Source: a virus. From it: 64,000 bases of DNA. The DNA lies in IMG/VR virus record IMGVR_UViG_3300045988_055634, positions 1 to 64,000 of that record; one strand, 5' to 3'. Of this stretch, positions 45,822-56,047 are shown piece after piece (positions within the stretch are counted from its first letter, which is position 1; each line of letters opens with the position of its first letter). Made by a program: the position numbers and the translations under genes. The notes below the pieces were generated by a model. It was not told the origin of the DNA. It ran no database searches and saw only the letters and a list, made by a program, of their open reading frames with translations.

Positions 45822-46483
45822 GTAAAGTTTTAATTATTCCAGATGTTCACGGTAGACCATTCTGGAGAAAAGCAAAAGAGAAGATTAATAGTGTGGATAA
45901 GGTAGTCTTTTTAGGGGACTACCTCGACCCATATGGTTATGAAGGTATTACTAGAGAGAATGCGATAGAGGAGTTTAAAGAGATTATCCAATTCAAAGTT
46001 GATAATCCCGATAAGGTAATACTACTCCTTGGAAATCACGACTGTGCTTATTGCTATGATTTCGGAAGTGCTTCTAGGTATGATTACGCTAATGCAGAGC
46101 TAATTAAGGAAATGTTTGAGAATTTCAAGTCTCTATTCCAACTCAAATACTTCTCGGAAGGTATTCTATATACTCATGCTGGAGTTACTAATGATTGGTT
46201 AAAGAGTATAGATTTTACTATTACTGACCTAATTACTAAGCCTGAGGACTTTCTAGTTGGCTTCCTATGGGAAGTATCTCGTATGAGAGGAGGATGGTCT
46301 AATACAGGCAGTATGGTATGGAGCGATGTCAGAGAAGGAGATAGAGAGTCTACATATTATCAAATATTTGGACATACTCAATTGGAATCAGAACCCATTA
46401 TTACTGACAAGTTTGCTTGCTTAGATGTAAGAAGACCTTTTATATTAGATACAGAAACTAAAAAGATTGAGGAGTATGCTTAA
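45818..46483 (+). CDS. calcineurin-like metallophosphoesterase
   Basis: IIPDVHGR, GDYLD, GNHD motifs. Confidence 0.7.
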   Translation: MSKVLIIPDVHGRPFWRKAKEKINSVDKVVFLGDYLDPYGYEGITRENAIEEFKEIIQFKVDNPDKVILLLGNHDCAYCYDFGSASRYDYANAELIKEMFENFKSLFQLKYFSEGILYTHAGVTNDWLKSIDFTITDLITKPEDFLVGFLWEVSRMRGGWSNTGSMVWSDVREGDRESTYYQIFGHTQLESEPIITDKFACLDVRRPFILDTETKKIEEYA

Positions 46484-46970
46484 ATATGTTGATGCCAGAG
46501 TAGTCTTTCAGGAAATTCCGGATGAGATTACATTAGCTATAAATATATCTAACTGTCCTTGTCATTGTAAAGGATGTCATAGTCAATACCTAGCCGAAGA
46601 TATAGGTAAACCATTAATTGAATATCCGCAGGGGTTCTCTGATGATTACATTATTCATCTAGACGAACTAATTACAGATGGTATTTCGTGTATAGCATTT
46701 ATGGGAGGGGATTCTGACCCTCACTTAGTAAATGTGTTAGCTAGTTTTGTTAAAGATTATTATCCGAATTTAAAAGTGGCATGGTACTCAGGTAGACAAG
46801 AACTATCAGAGCACGTGAATATGAAGCATTTCGATTATATCAAGCTAGGTCCATATATTGAAGAAAACGGGCCTTTAAATAGTAAGACAACTAATCAAGT
46901 TATGCTTCATATAGATAATAGCTGTGGAAAACCCATAGTTAAAGACATAACATCACGTTTTTGGAAATGA
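46467..46970 (+). CDS. nrdG: anaerobic RNR activating protein (radical SAM)
   Basis: CPCHCKGCHS matches the CxxxCxxC radical-SAM cluster motif; adjacent to nrdD. Confidence 0.75.
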   Translation: MRSMLKYVDARVVFQEIPDEITLAINISNCPCHCKGCHSQYLAEDIGKPLIEYPQGFSDDYIIHLDELITDGISCIAFMGGDSDPHLVNVLASFVKDYYPNLKVAWYSGRQELSEHVNMKHFDYIKLGPYIEENGPLNSKTTNQVMLHIDNSCGKPIVKDITSRFWK

Positions 46971-47266
46971 TTCTTAAGGTTGCATATGATGATAACAGTC
47001 AACATCTGGTTGACGAATTAAAAAAGGTTCTTTCTAAATATCCTTTAGTAGAATTACAAACTTACCATGAAGGCTTGTTTAAGGAACGTAAAAACGCCTT
47101 CAAGCTTAAGGGAGGTTTTAGCGCTAGACATACTCCATTTGCTGTATTAATTGATAATGATGCAGCTCCAGTAATGGCATTCTACAGTGAAGCTAATACT
47201 TGTACCATAGAAGAGATAATGAAAGCATTAAATAATCCTGTAGTGTATGGTAGAATTGAAGGTTAA
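46961..47266 (+). CDS. hypothetical protein
   Basis: 101 aa ORF. Confidence 0.4.
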   Translation: MEMILKVAYDDNSQHLVDELKKVLSKYPLVELQTYHEGLFKERKNAFKLKGGFSARHTPFAVLIDNDAAPVMAFYSEANTCTIEEIMKALNNPVVYGRIEG

Positions 47267-47588
47267 AGATATTATTGAAAGGAAGAAACTTCTGATAAAA
47301 GGACTTGAAGAGAATATCTTCAAGGACTTTACTGAAGAAGAAGAAAATCTCTTGCACTCCAAGCACGGAATGATTAAAGTTAGTCATAGGTCAGGCGCTG
47401 GTAAAGTGTACGAAGGGATAACTGGAGCGTTTAAGGTTGGGCTTCCTCTAATTATTGATAGTGAGCCGACTAAGATAATACAGAGAATTACCATGATAGA
47501 TTGGGACTCTAGTATGTTCCAGGATGCAGATGGAGAGTGGTTTATATTTGAATTTACTCCAATAAGACTCTACGAATTAAGTGTATGA
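47247..47588 (+). CDS. hypothetical protein
   Basis: 113 aa ORF. Confidence 0.4.
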   Translation: MVELKVKDIIERKKLLIKGLEENIFKDFTEEEENLLHSKHGMIKVSHRSGAGKVYEGITGAFKVGLPLIIDSEPTKIIQRITMIDWDSSMFQDADGEWFIFEFTPIRLYELSV

Positions 47589-47890
47589 TAAGAAAATTTA
47601 CTAACATCGTTTGTGTATATTACAACGACAAAAATTATATTCCAGCTAAGTATAATTGTCCAGACTTAGAGATTGATGATGTAATTCTCAACCTGACTAC
47701 AAACAAGGAACAGAATTATGAAAAGATTTCTGAGATTATTGTTGATTATGCCTTTGCTTTGTTCTGTAACAAATCTGATTTAAAAGATTTTTCACAAGAC
47801 CATAAGAAGTATAAGAGGCAGAACTGGAAATTGCTCGACTTTAGGGAAATAATTAAAACAACAGAGATAAAACCAAAAGATCAGAAATGA
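47585..47890 (+). CDS. hypothetical protein
   Basis: 101 aa ORF. Confidence 0.4.
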   Translation: MIRKFTNIVCVYYNDKNYIPAKYNCPDLEIDDVILNLTTNKEQNYEKISEIIVDYAFALFCNKSDLKDFSQDHKKYKRQNWKLLDFREIIKTTEIKPKDQK

Positions 47891-48441
47891 AATATGGAGT
47901 TATTTTAGCTAGGTTTCAGCCCATTCACAATGGGCACCTAGCTTTAATTAAAAAAGCTTGTTCAGAGAACGATAAGGTTCTTTTGTTAGTTGGTAGTGCT
48001 GATAAAGTAAACAAGCGTAATCCTATTCCTATAAAGGTTAGGATAAAATTACTAGAAACTGCCTTAGAGGACGAAGGTTTACTTAGTAGATGTATCATTC
48101 AGCCTCTTAATGATTTGACTGATGAGTCTGATAACTCTCAGGATTGGGGATTCTATTTATATGCTAACATAGTTAGTATTATAAAAGAGTCCCATTTTAA
48201 TATCTACTATAGCGATGGATACGAAATTATTACAACATGGTTTCCAAAGTTTATGCTGAAGGGTTATATATCAATGACTCTCATGGCAAGAGAACAGGTA
48301 GAAGAAGGTATATCGGCTACTGTTGTAAGAGATGCCCTAAGATCTAATTTAAGCCTAGAAGGACTAGTTCCTAAGTGTGTTATAGATGCAAGATTTTATT
48401 TAACTGAATTTATTTTATTACATGAAAGTACTCATAATTAA
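47887..48441 (+). CDS. nicotinamide-nucleotide adenylyltransferase (NadM-type cytidylyltransferase fold)
   Basis: [14 protein letters not shown] matches the (H/T)xGH nucleotidyltransferase motif; pairs functionally with NadV. Confidence 0.65.
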   Translation: MKYGVILARFQPIHNGHLALIKKACSENDKVLLLVGSADKVNKRNPIPIKVRIKLLETALEDEGLLSRCIIQPLNDLTDESDNSQDWGFYLYANIVSIIKESHFNIYYSDGYEIITTWFPKFMLKGYISMTLMAREQVEEGISATVVRDALRSNLSLEGLVPKCVIDARFYLTEFILLHESTHN

Positions 48442-49003
48442 TAAATCAAGACATCAACTTCCTCAGTATGAAACTCCCTTATCAGCAGGTATGGATATTA
48501 GAGGAGACTTTAGTAGAATTAAGTTAGTAGACAATAAGCCTGAGAAATTCTTTTTCGATGCTGATGTTGTAGCTATTAGTAAAATTGAAGATCCAAATGG
48601 TCCATTTGTGGTAGACAAGGAAGGAAATCTTACTGATAGAAGAGTTCCTAGTATTCCCGTTGCTTCTACTATTGAAATAAAGCCCGGAGGTAGATGTTTG
48701 ATTCCGACTGGATTGTTTATAGCTTTACCTAAGGGTTACGAGGCGCAAGTTCGACCACGAAGCGGTCTTGCATTAAAATTGGGACTTACTGTCCTTAATT
48801 CACCTGGAACCATTGACGCCGACTACAGAGGAGAGATTGGAGTTGTATTAGTGAACACTTCTAATGTCCCAGTTAGAATTACTGATGGAGAAAGAATTGC
48901 CCAAATAGTTATTGCTAAGCATGAAACTATAGAATGGGAAGTTGTTGAAGAATTACCTTCCACTGAACGAGGAGAAGGGGGATTTGGACATACCGGAGTA
49001 TGA
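48422..49003 (+). CDS. dut: dUTP diphosphatase
   Basis: [20 protein letters not shown] and GERIAQIV dUTPase motifs. Confidence 0.85.
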   Translation: MKVLIINKSRHQLPQYETPLSAGMDIRGDFSRIKLVDNKPEKFFFDADVVAISKIEDPNGPFVVDKEGNLTDRRVPSIPVASTIEIKPGGRCLIPTGLFIALPKGYEAQVRPRSGLALKLGLTVLNSPGTIDADYRGEIGVVLVNTSNVPVRITDGERIAQIVIAKHETIEWEVVEELPSTERGEGGFGHTGV

Positions 49004-49245
49004 TATGGATATTAATGGTATTGGGGTTATGTAATTTAGCCCTAATACTTTGTCTCATGCGGAGAGTTGAGGACATTAGTAATCAAATCAAAACTAATTA
49101 TCACTTTATTGATGATACAAGAGACAAAGTCAAGTATCTAACTTCTCTAATGGATATACGAGTGAATATTCCAGAAGAAATCGAGAAGCAATTTGGTAAG
49201 ATGAAAAAGGAAATTGTTGTTAAAAATGTATTAAAAGTACCATGA
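49000..49245 (+). CDS. small membrane protein
   Basis: N-terminal [21 protein letters not shown]. Confidence 0.4.
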   Translation: MIWILMVLGLCNLALILCLMRRVEDISNQIKTNYHFIDDTRDKVKYLTSLMDIRVNIPEEIEKQFGKMKKEIVVKNVLKVP

Positions 49246-49562
49246 CTAAAGAGGAATTGAGGTCTAAAATATTAGAACTCGAAGAAGCTATGAGAGAAGA
49301 AGACAGCAAGTCTACCACAGCTAAACTAAGTGATGAATGGGATGAATTAATGAGTAAGTTGGAAGATGTTATCTATGACGAACTCGAAGGTGTTGCAGTT
49401 AAGATAGTCACTGAAAGAATTGTTGATAAATACGATGTAGACACTGATATATTAATTGCAGAGTATATGGAAAGTGGAGACCTAGAGGAATCATTTAAGA
49501 TAGCAGCCGAGGAGTGCGATTGCGGTTGGAAGACAGATATTACAAAAAGAATATTAAAATAA
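49242..49562 (+). CDS. hypothetical acidic protein
   Basis: 106 aa ORF. Confidence 0.4.
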   Translation: MTKEELRSKILELEEAMREEDSKSTTAKLSDEWDELMSKLEDVIYDELEGVAVKIVTERIVDKYDVDTDILIAEYMESGDLEESFKIAAEECDCGWKTDITKRILK

Positions 49563-49570
49563 TTACTACT

Positions 49571-49882
49571 ATGACTAAAGAAGGATTTGTAAAGCTTATT
49601 GAAAATGCCCAGAACTATTCTAAGGAATTGGATAGATGGTCTGATTTTGGAATTGATTTGTTTGAACTTCCTATATCCGAACTCGGTTGGGGATTCTTAA
49701 ATACAGTACTTCCGGAATTGTTCTCTGATGAAGGAGTGGACTGGGTTAATTGGTGGTTGTTTGAGAAGCCTGGACTATTCAAAAATAGTCTTCCTAATGA
49801 AGCTTATGATGAAGACGGAAATATAATTCCTACTGATACGATTGATGATTTGTGGAACTTAGTTAAGGACTACCAGAAATGA
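49571..49882 (+). CDS. hypothetical protein
   Basis: Track ORF 49514..49882 trimmed to the ATG after the upstream stop (MTKEGFVKL...). Confidence 0.4.
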   Translation: MTKEGFVKLIENAQNYSKELDRWSDFGIDLFELPISELGWGFLNTVLPELFSDEGVDWVNWWLFEKPGLFKNSLPNEAYDEDGNIIPTDTIDDLWNLVKDYQK

Positions 49883-50109
49883 CACTAGAAGAACTTAAAA
49901 AGAAAGTAGTCACTATTACAGTACACAAAAATATTGTATTAGGGGAAGATTTACATGAAGATGATCTGCTAGAGTTTCTCGAACTGCAAGAGGAGGAGGC
50001 TTGTTCTGATGAAAGATTATTACAAGCAATAAAAAATGCCTACTACGGAACTCTTAGTGATATTGAAGATATTATCTACGATAACCTCAATGTAACTATT
50101 CATGATTAA
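49879..50109 (+). CDS. hypothetical acidic protein
   Basis: 76 aa ORF. Confidence 0.4.
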   Translation: MTLEELKKKVVTITVHKNIVLGEDLHEDDLLEFLELQEEEACSDERLLQAIKNAYYGTLSDIEDIIYDNLNVTIHD

Positions 50110-51301
50110 ATATTTGTTAAGCAAAGCCTCAACTGGCAAGTTTAGAGTTGTATATTTATCTACTACAGAGCAGTGGGATGAAGAAAAAGCTGGATTTGTA
50201 ATTAATAGAGTTACAGGACAGCTACATGGAAAGATGACAGAGCAACCAGAAATAGTCATTACTAAAGGAAAAGCTGGTAGAACGCATAGAGAACAACTTG
50301 AGTTGCAGTTTAAGTCTGAGCTTAAGAAATATTTAGATAAGGGTTACAAGGAGCTAGAGAACGATCCCGAAACTTATAGCGAAACTCAATTGGAAGAATT
50401 TTATGGAGACATTAAAACCGACCAGAATGGATTTGCAAAGCACATGCTTGCAAAATCTGCAGATAAAGTTAAGGAATCCTCAATCAATAAGGTTAAGTAT
50501 TGGTATGCTAGCAGAAAAATTGATGGAGTTAGGTGTTCCTTCTACTATAAGGACGGTGAGATTCTATCTGCTTCCAGAGGTGGGGGAAATTATGACTATT
50601 CAACAAGCCATATCAGAAACAATGAGAGATTGCTTGAGTTCTTCAGGAATCATCCCACTTACATTCTTGATGGAGAGTTGTATAGACATGGTAAAAGTCT
50701 CCAACAAATCAGTGGAGCAGCTCGTCTTGAGAAAAACGCAGTTGACTGCGACTGGCTTGAATATTATGTTTACGATATAATGATTCCTAGTATGAAGTTC
50801 TCTGATAGGCTTGAAATTCTTAAGCAGCTTCAGAAAGAACTTAATCTTGGATTTAATCCAGATAAAGATTGGGAAGAGGGTGAGTTACAATTGCAAATAG
50901 TCCCGCAGGAAAAGGTCTCTGGGTACGAGAATATTATGAAACTGCACAACCAATATGTTTCAGAAGGTTGGGAAGGAGTAGTATGTAGAAATCCAGATAA
51001 AGAGTATGGCTTCGGCAAGCGTACTAATGATATGCTAAAATTTAAATTCTACAAAGATGCAGAGTTTGAAATTACTGGTTTATCAGAAGGTCTTCGGGAA
51101 GAAGATATGTGTTTTACGCTAATAACAGAAGATGGTATAGAATTTAAAGCTAAACCAATGGGTTCTAGAGAACTTAAACAGCAATATAGGGAAAGACTTA
51201 AGGAGCTGATAGGAAAGATGGCTACTGTTAAGTACTTCTATCTATCTGATGAAGGTACTCCATTGCAACCTGTACTAAAATGTATTCGCGATTATGAGTA
51301 A
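50102..51301 (+). CDS. ATP-dependent DNA ligase
   Basis: KIDGVRC adenylation motif I (KxDG), with downstream nucleotidyltransferase and OB-domain regions. Confidence 0.8.
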   Translation: MIKYLLSKASTGKFRVVYLSTTEQWDEEKAGFVINRVTGQLHGKMTEQPEIVITKGKAGRTHREQLELQFKSELKKYLDKGYKELENDPETYSETQLEEFYGDIKTDQNGFAKHMLAKSADKVKESSINKVKYWYASRKIDGVRCSFYYKDGEILSASRGGGNYDYSTSHIRNNERLLEFFRNHPTYILDGELYRHGKSLQQISGAARLEKNAVDCDWLEYYVYDIMIPSMKFSDRLEILKQLQKELNLGFNPDKDWEEGELQLQIVPQEKVSGYENIMKLHNQYVSEGWEGVVCRNPDKEYGFGKRTNDMLKFKFYKDAEFEITGLSEGLREEDMCFTLITEDGIEFKAKPMGSRELKQQYRERLKELIGKMATVKYFYLSDEGTPLQPVLKCIRDYE

Positions 51302-51539
51302 GTACAAATTTGATGTGTCGCTTGTTATATCTGGTCTTAGTGAAGGAGTATTCGAACTGCAGCCTAGTGACTATCTATACTGTGAGGACGAAGATGAGTT
51401 ATTTGATGAAGTTAACGATACATTGTGTGGTACACTTCGCAAGCATATCAAGTTCTCTAGAGTATACACTTGCGAATCAGACTGGCGTTACCCAAAAGGA
51501 TTTTTGGAAGAATGGAGGCGATTAAAGAATGAGCGCTGA
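51294..51539 (+). CDS. hypothetical protein
   Basis: 81 aa ORF. Confidence 0.4.
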   Translation: MSKYKFDVSLVISGLSEGVFELQPSDYLYCEDEDELFDEVNDTLCGTLRKHIKFSRVYTCESDWRYPKGFLEEWRRLKNER

Positions 51540-51729
51540 AGATATAATTATTTTAGTTATCGCTAATATAGTTGGCAACAGCTCAAATAGATTCGGGCAA
51601 TCACACGAGCTGTATCTTCCAAAGTCTCTAGAGTCAGAAGTACATGATAAGTGGGACAACTGCTATCATCAAGGCAAATACTATATAGCTGGAAATACTT
51701 TTAAAATCAATTTTTATGAAGAAGATTAA
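51529..51729 (+). CDS. hypothetical protein
   Basis: 66 aa ORF. Confidence 0.35.
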   Translation: MSAEDIIILVIANIVGNSSNRFGQSHELYLPKSLESEVHDKWDNCYHQGKYYIAGNTFKINFYEED

Positions 51730-52354
51730 GTATAGGCAATATTACTACGATGGGAACTTTTCTAACCTAGAGTTAGAAGTTCCCGACGAATGCCGTATCT
51801 ATGAGATAGGCTTTATGAATATATCTCACAAGATTGAAGAAGGTGAGACTAAAGCTTATGTTTTTCTTTGTCCTTCAGAAATCGAGGATTCTAAACTGCT
51901 TTGTAATGTTTATCTATCTTACCTAGACGATGTTTTTATAGAAAACTCAGAAATACCTATACAGAATGTAGAGGAGGCTCCTAGATTTGAAAATGCGTAT
52001 ATGGTAAGATACTACAAAGATGCTGTGGCAGAAAACAAAGTATCAGCTATTCTAAGTAAAATAGGAAAGCTCAGTGAAGCTTCTGAACAGGATAGGAGTG
52101 ACTTACAAGTATTATATAAGGAATCTAAGGGTATATCCGAAATATCTAAGCTTAGACGTATTACTTATAAAGGTATAGAGATAGGTAGTGTGTATTTCAA
52201 GAACTGGATAGATGAAACAGAAGTTGCTTCTATGGCTGTTAGTGAATTACCATATGGACGTATATGGTTTGAGGAGTTCTCTAATTCCAATGATATAGTT
52301 GCTAAGTTTAAGGAAGAAGCAGATAAAATCTATAATTCTATAATAAATTATTAA
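51716..52354 (+). CDS. hypothetical protein
   Basis: 212 aa ORF. Confidence 0.45.
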   Translation: MKKIKYRQYYYDGNFSNLELEVPDECRIYEIGFMNISHKIEEGETKAYVFLCPSEIEDSKLLCNVYLSYLDDVFIENSEIPIQNVEEAPRFENAYMVRYYKDAVAENKVSAILSKIGKLSEASEQDRSDLQVLYKESKGISEISKLRRITYKGIEIGSVYFKNWIDETEVASMAVSELPYGRIWFEEFSNSNDIVAKFKEEADKIYNSIINY

Positions 52355-52356
52355 TT

Positions 52357-52560
52357 ATGTATTTAAGTATTCGATTAGACGATGACAGCGTTGAACTAAT
52401 GCAGTCTGACATCGAAGATATGTGGAATTATCTGGAACAGGATACGGAAAATTTTGTGTATCATACAGCCTCGTACATAGAAGGTCTGGAGTTGGAGTAT
52501 TATGCAGATGAGCTTAGGCCGCTATATGAGACATTGAAAAACTTCTTTGAAAATGAGTGA
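52357..52560 (+). CDS. hypothetical acidic protein
   Basis: 67 aa ORF. Confidence 0.35.
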   Translation: MYLSIRLDDDSVELMQSDIEDMWNYLEQDTENFVYHTASYIEGLELEYYADELRPLYETLKNFFENE

Positions 52561-52771
52561 TGTAGAAAAACGCTATATTTGGCTAGTTAATCATCTAATC
52601 TGGAATGGCTCTAAGCAGAAAAACGGGGTTTATTGGGTAAAGATAACCAAAGAGAATGCAGCCCTTCTTGAAGAGAAATATGAAGTGTGCGATACTCGCG
52701 CCTTGAAAGGAGGGCTTAAAGTAAATGTTATAAAAATGTGTGATAATTTTATTGTACTTGATACGCGATGA
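52547..52771 (+). CDS. hypothetical protein
   Basis: 74 aa ORF. Confidence 0.35.
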   Translation: MKMSDVEKRYIWLVNHLIWNGSKQKNGVYWVKITKENAALLEEKYEVCDTRALKGGLKVNVIKMCDNFIVLDTR

Positions 52772-53259
52772 AATACGAAAAATTTGATATTCTAAAGAAA
52801 GCTAAATATTCTATCGTTCCGAATAATAGAGAGCTGTATGTAGTTTATGTAGAATGTGACGCAAACGATGGTGATTACATGAGAGATACTATTGAATTTG
52901 ATAAAGAATCGTTTGAAGAAGACGAACTTCTCCTATTGGTTTTATCATATGTTAGTAAGTATTCCGGAAGATTTTCTGAGAAAGGATGGAACTCTGCAGG
53001 ATATGGGCACCATGTAGATGAAAACAAAGATTTTCCTTGGTTGTCGGAGTATCTATCTGAAAATGATATTCTGATATTCGCTGGAATGTGTGATATCATG
53101 TGCCATAGCGTATCTCAGATACGTATAGAATATTATGACAACGATGGAAGAAAGAATAAGGTAGAGCTTCCTGATGTAGATAATCTTTTTGAAAACAAAC
53201 AGGAGTTTGTGGATTATTTAAATAGTCTGTACAAACTGTATTATGATGAAATTGAATAA
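52768..53259 (+). CDS. hypothetical protein
   Basis: 163 aa ORF. Confidence 0.45.
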   Translation: MKYEKFDILKKAKYSIVPNNRELYVVYVECDANDGDYMRDTIEFDKESFEEDELLLLVLSYVSKYSGRFSEKGWNSAGYGHHVDENKDFPWLSEYLSENDILIFAGMCDIMCHSVSQIRIEYYDNDGRKNKVELPDVDNLFENKQEFVDYLNSLYKLYYDEIE

Positions 53260-53569
53260 TGGAGGAAAGCTCCCAGACAAGTTTAAAATAGCTAATCAAG
53301 AAATAACCGTAATCATAGAAGATTCTCTTCCAAATAACGATTACGGTTATTTCTGTGATGCTACTAACACTATTAAATTAGCGAGAACAGTAAAGTCTGA
53401 ATATGAAGGAAACGTCTCTATGAGTGATGAACAGCTTAGGAATACATTTTATCATGAGCTGTTTCATGTTTTCCAGTTCTATTACAATAATGAATTTAAT
53501 GAGATTCAGGCTCAAGTATATGCTAACTTTATGTGTGAATTTATAGAAACTACTGAAGAACCATTTTAA
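53243..53569 (+). CDS. small putative zinc metallopeptidase-like protein (HExxH)
   Basis: HELFH motif in FYHELFHVFQ. Confidence 0.35.
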   Translation: MMKLNNGGKLPDKFKIANQEITVIIEDSLPNNDYGYFCDATNTIKLARTVKSEYEGNVSMSDEQLRNTFYHELFHVFQFYYNNEFNEIQAQVYANFMCEFIETTEEPF

Positions 53570-53580
53570 AAATATAAGAA

Positions 53581-54948
53581 ATGAAGTTATCAAAAAGTAA
53601 GAAAGCCAATGTCAATTATTTGGCAAAGATTGTAGAAATTAAGAATTTTAGACAACACAGTAACCCAGAAGTAACTAGACTTAAGTGCTGCACTATTGAT
53701 GGATTTAACATCATTACTGGCATTGATTCCCAGCCAGGATTGTATGTTTATTTCCCAACTGCTTGTTGCATTAATCCTGATTTTCTAAGGTATTGCAACT
53801 TGTACAGACATAAGGAGTTGAACAACGACCCAGAACAAACTGGTATGTTTGAAGACAATGGTAGGGTCAAAGCTATTAGACTTAAAAATGAACTGTCGGA
53901 AGGTTTTATTATGCCCATTATACAGTTCCAAAACTATATAATGTCCGTAACTAATAAAGAGATAGAAATTGAAGTAGGAACTGAATTTGATATTGTAGAA
54001 CATGAAGGCAAAGAATTTTGGATTAACAAGAAGTACATCCCTAAGAGACAGCAAGGACAAGGTGGCACACCACGTAACAACCAAACGAAGAAGGTCAAAG
54101 GAATCAGCAAGGTCATTGATGAACAATTTAGATTCCACTACGACACAACTCTTATTAAGAAATGTCCTAATGTAATTCATCCAAATGATTTAATCAGTAT
54201 TACTGAGAAAATTCACGGAACTTCTGGTATATCAGCTTATGTGCTTTGTAAACAAGACCTGAACTGGAAACAGAAAATCGCTAAATGGCTTACTGGAGAA
54301 GAGTTCAATAAGTATGACTATTTGTATGCTTCTAGAACGGTAATAAAGAATCAGTTCTATAATAAGAATGTTACTCCTGGATTCTACGGGTGTGACGTTT
54401 GGGCGGAAGCTGATAAAATAGTTAAACCTTGCTTGTCTAAAGGTATGACTGCATATTATGAAATCGTTGGTTTCTTACCTAATGGTGGCTATATCCAAAA
54501 GAATTATGACTATGGCTGTATACCTCCTAAAGAAGGAGAACAGTATACTCATGAAAAGCACTTTAAAGTGCGAATATATCGTGTAACATTAACTAATGTT
54601 GATGGTGTAGTTCACGAATTTAGTGCTAGGGAAGTTCAACAATGGTGTGCTAAGGTAGGTCTTATCCCAGTGGAAGAGTGGTATTATGGTACTGCCAATA
54701 GCTTATATCCAGAACTTAACGAAGCTGAGCACTGGAACGAAAATTTCATGGAGAAATTAGCTAACGACGCTAGATTCTATATGGAGCGAACTTCGCCATC
54801 TTGCGATAACAAAGTGCCTCATGAGGGAATAGTTATTAAGATTGAGAATATGAAATCTGAGGCATTTAAGCTTAAATGTTTTAAATTCCTAGATAAGGAA
54901 GGAAAGGAACTTGACAAAGGTGAAACTAATATTGAAGACGAAGCATGA
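53581..54948 (+). CDS. putative ATP-dependent RNA ligase (Rnl2-like nucleotidyltransferase)
   Basis: Motif-I-like EKIHGTSG (KxHG variant; I recall this from Rnl2-type RNA ligases); a second ligase in addition to the KxDG DNA ligase; 455 aa. Confidence 0.45.
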   Translation: MKLSKSKKANVNYLAKIVEIKNFRQHSNPEVTRLKCCTIDGFNIITGIDSQPGLYVYFPTACCINPDFLRYCNLYRHKELNNDPEQTGMFEDNGRVKAIRLKNELSEGFIMPIIQFQNYIMSVTNKEIEIEVGTEFDIVEHEGKEFWINKKYIPKRQQGQGGTPRNNQTKKVKGISKVIDEQFRFHYDTTLIKKCPNVIHPNDLISITEKIHGTSGISAYVLCKQDLNWKQKIAKWLTGEEFNKYDYLYASRTVIKNQFYNKNVTPGFYGCDVWAEADKIVKPCLSKGMTAYYEIVGFLPNGGYIQKNYDYGCIPPKEGEQYTHEKHFKVRIYRVTLTNVDGVVHEFSAREVQQWCAKVGLIPVEEWYYGTANSLYPELNEAEHWNENFMEKLANDARFYMERTSPSCDNKVPHEGIVIKIENMKSEAFKLKCFKFLDKEGKELDKGETNIEDEA

Positions 54949-55208
54949 TAATAAGTTATAATGTAGAGGTAGTTAAGAACTACGATGTGAATATCCCTAA
55001 GTTAATCGACCAAGTGGTGAAAACACTTAAGGAAGATGAAGAGGGAGAAGTTGAAGGCTGGATGATACTTAATGAAGCGGGAGATAACATAGATTATCAT
55101 CTGCGGAACTTAGGCTTTCCTGACTCTGATTGTCTAACTGACTATGTCATTGATGATATTTTAGACGAAATGGAGAAAGAGCTAGTAAAACAAGGATATG
55201 AATGTTAA
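54945..55208 (+). CDS. hypothetical acidic protein
   Basis: 87 aa ORF. Confidence 0.4.
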   Translation: MIISYNVEVVKNYDVNIPKLIDQVVKTLKEDEEGEVEGWMILNEAGDNIDYHLRNLGFPDSDCLTDYVIDDILDEMEKELVKQGYEC

Positions 55209-55797
55209 AGAGTACTTAACTAGTAAAAAGTATGGCAGTTTGCGTTACAAGCTGTCGTACTTTTTTCATAGTAAAATTCCTTTCCTTTCTCCTGGCTGGA
55301 ACGAGTATCGTAATCCATGGTATCACTGGTGGAAAGCCAGAAAATACTTTAAACGCCCCAAGGCCCACTTTCTATTTAGAAAGAACTTTTGGACATTTGG
55401 ACTTCCCATAAGAAGAGACTACTATAGTCCGGTGATAGATATAGGATTTCATGCATTAGGATGGAAGGATAAATGGGACAGTCCCAGACACGAATGGGAC
55501 CCGATGATTTGTATAACATTTTTCAGAACTTGGCATTTATTATGGATATTTAACTGGGCTACTAAACATAAAAAGGATAGTATTACTGGCAGCATGGCTA
55601 CTTGGGAAGCTATTCTAGACTATACTAGATATGATAAATCTCTAAGCTATGTAGTAGACAATCATATATGGTCGTATGACTGTGATGGTGAAAAGGTTTA
55701 TATTAGTATAGTACCTAATATGACTAGGGAAGGACTAAATAAATATTCTGATGAATCCAAACACACTGAGAAAGATACAGAGATTGGAGGCTGGTGA
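55198..55797 (+). CDS. hypothetical Trp-rich protein
   Basis: 199 aa ORF. Confidence 0.45.
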   Translation: MNVKEYLTSKKYGSLRYKLSYFFHSKIPFLSPGWNEYRNPWYHWWKARKYFKRPKAHFLFRKNFWTFGLPIRRDYYSPVIDIGFHALGWKDKWDSPRHEWDPMICITFFRTWHLLWIFNWATKHKKDSITGSMATWEAILDYTRYDKSLSYVVDNHIWSYDCDGEKVYISIVPNMTREGLNKYSDESKHTEKDTEIGGW

Positions 55798-56047
55798 ATC
55801 GTTTATAACAAGCGAGCCGGGAAATTCAATGCTCCCTCTGTATAAGAGCAATGAAAAGCATCTTGTCACTCCTATAAGGTGGCAAGAATGTAATGTTGGA
55901 GATGTAGTATTTTGTAAAGTTAGAGGCGCTTGCGTTACTCATAAAGTATACGCGATAGACTCAAACAAAGGATGCCTTATTGGAAATAACAAAGGGCATA
56001 TGAATGGATGGACTAAAAATGTTTACGGATTAGCTCATAAGATATGA
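55751..56047 (+). CDS. S24/S26-type serine peptidase-like protein
   Basis: GNSMLP resembles the catalytic Ser box (GxSMxP) of signal peptidase/LexA-type peptidases. Confidence 0.45.
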   Translation: MNPNTLRKIQRLEAGESFITSEPGNSMLPLYKSNEKHLVTPIRWQECNVGDVVFCKVRGACVTHKVYAIDSNKGCLIGNNKGHMNGWTKNVYGLAHKI

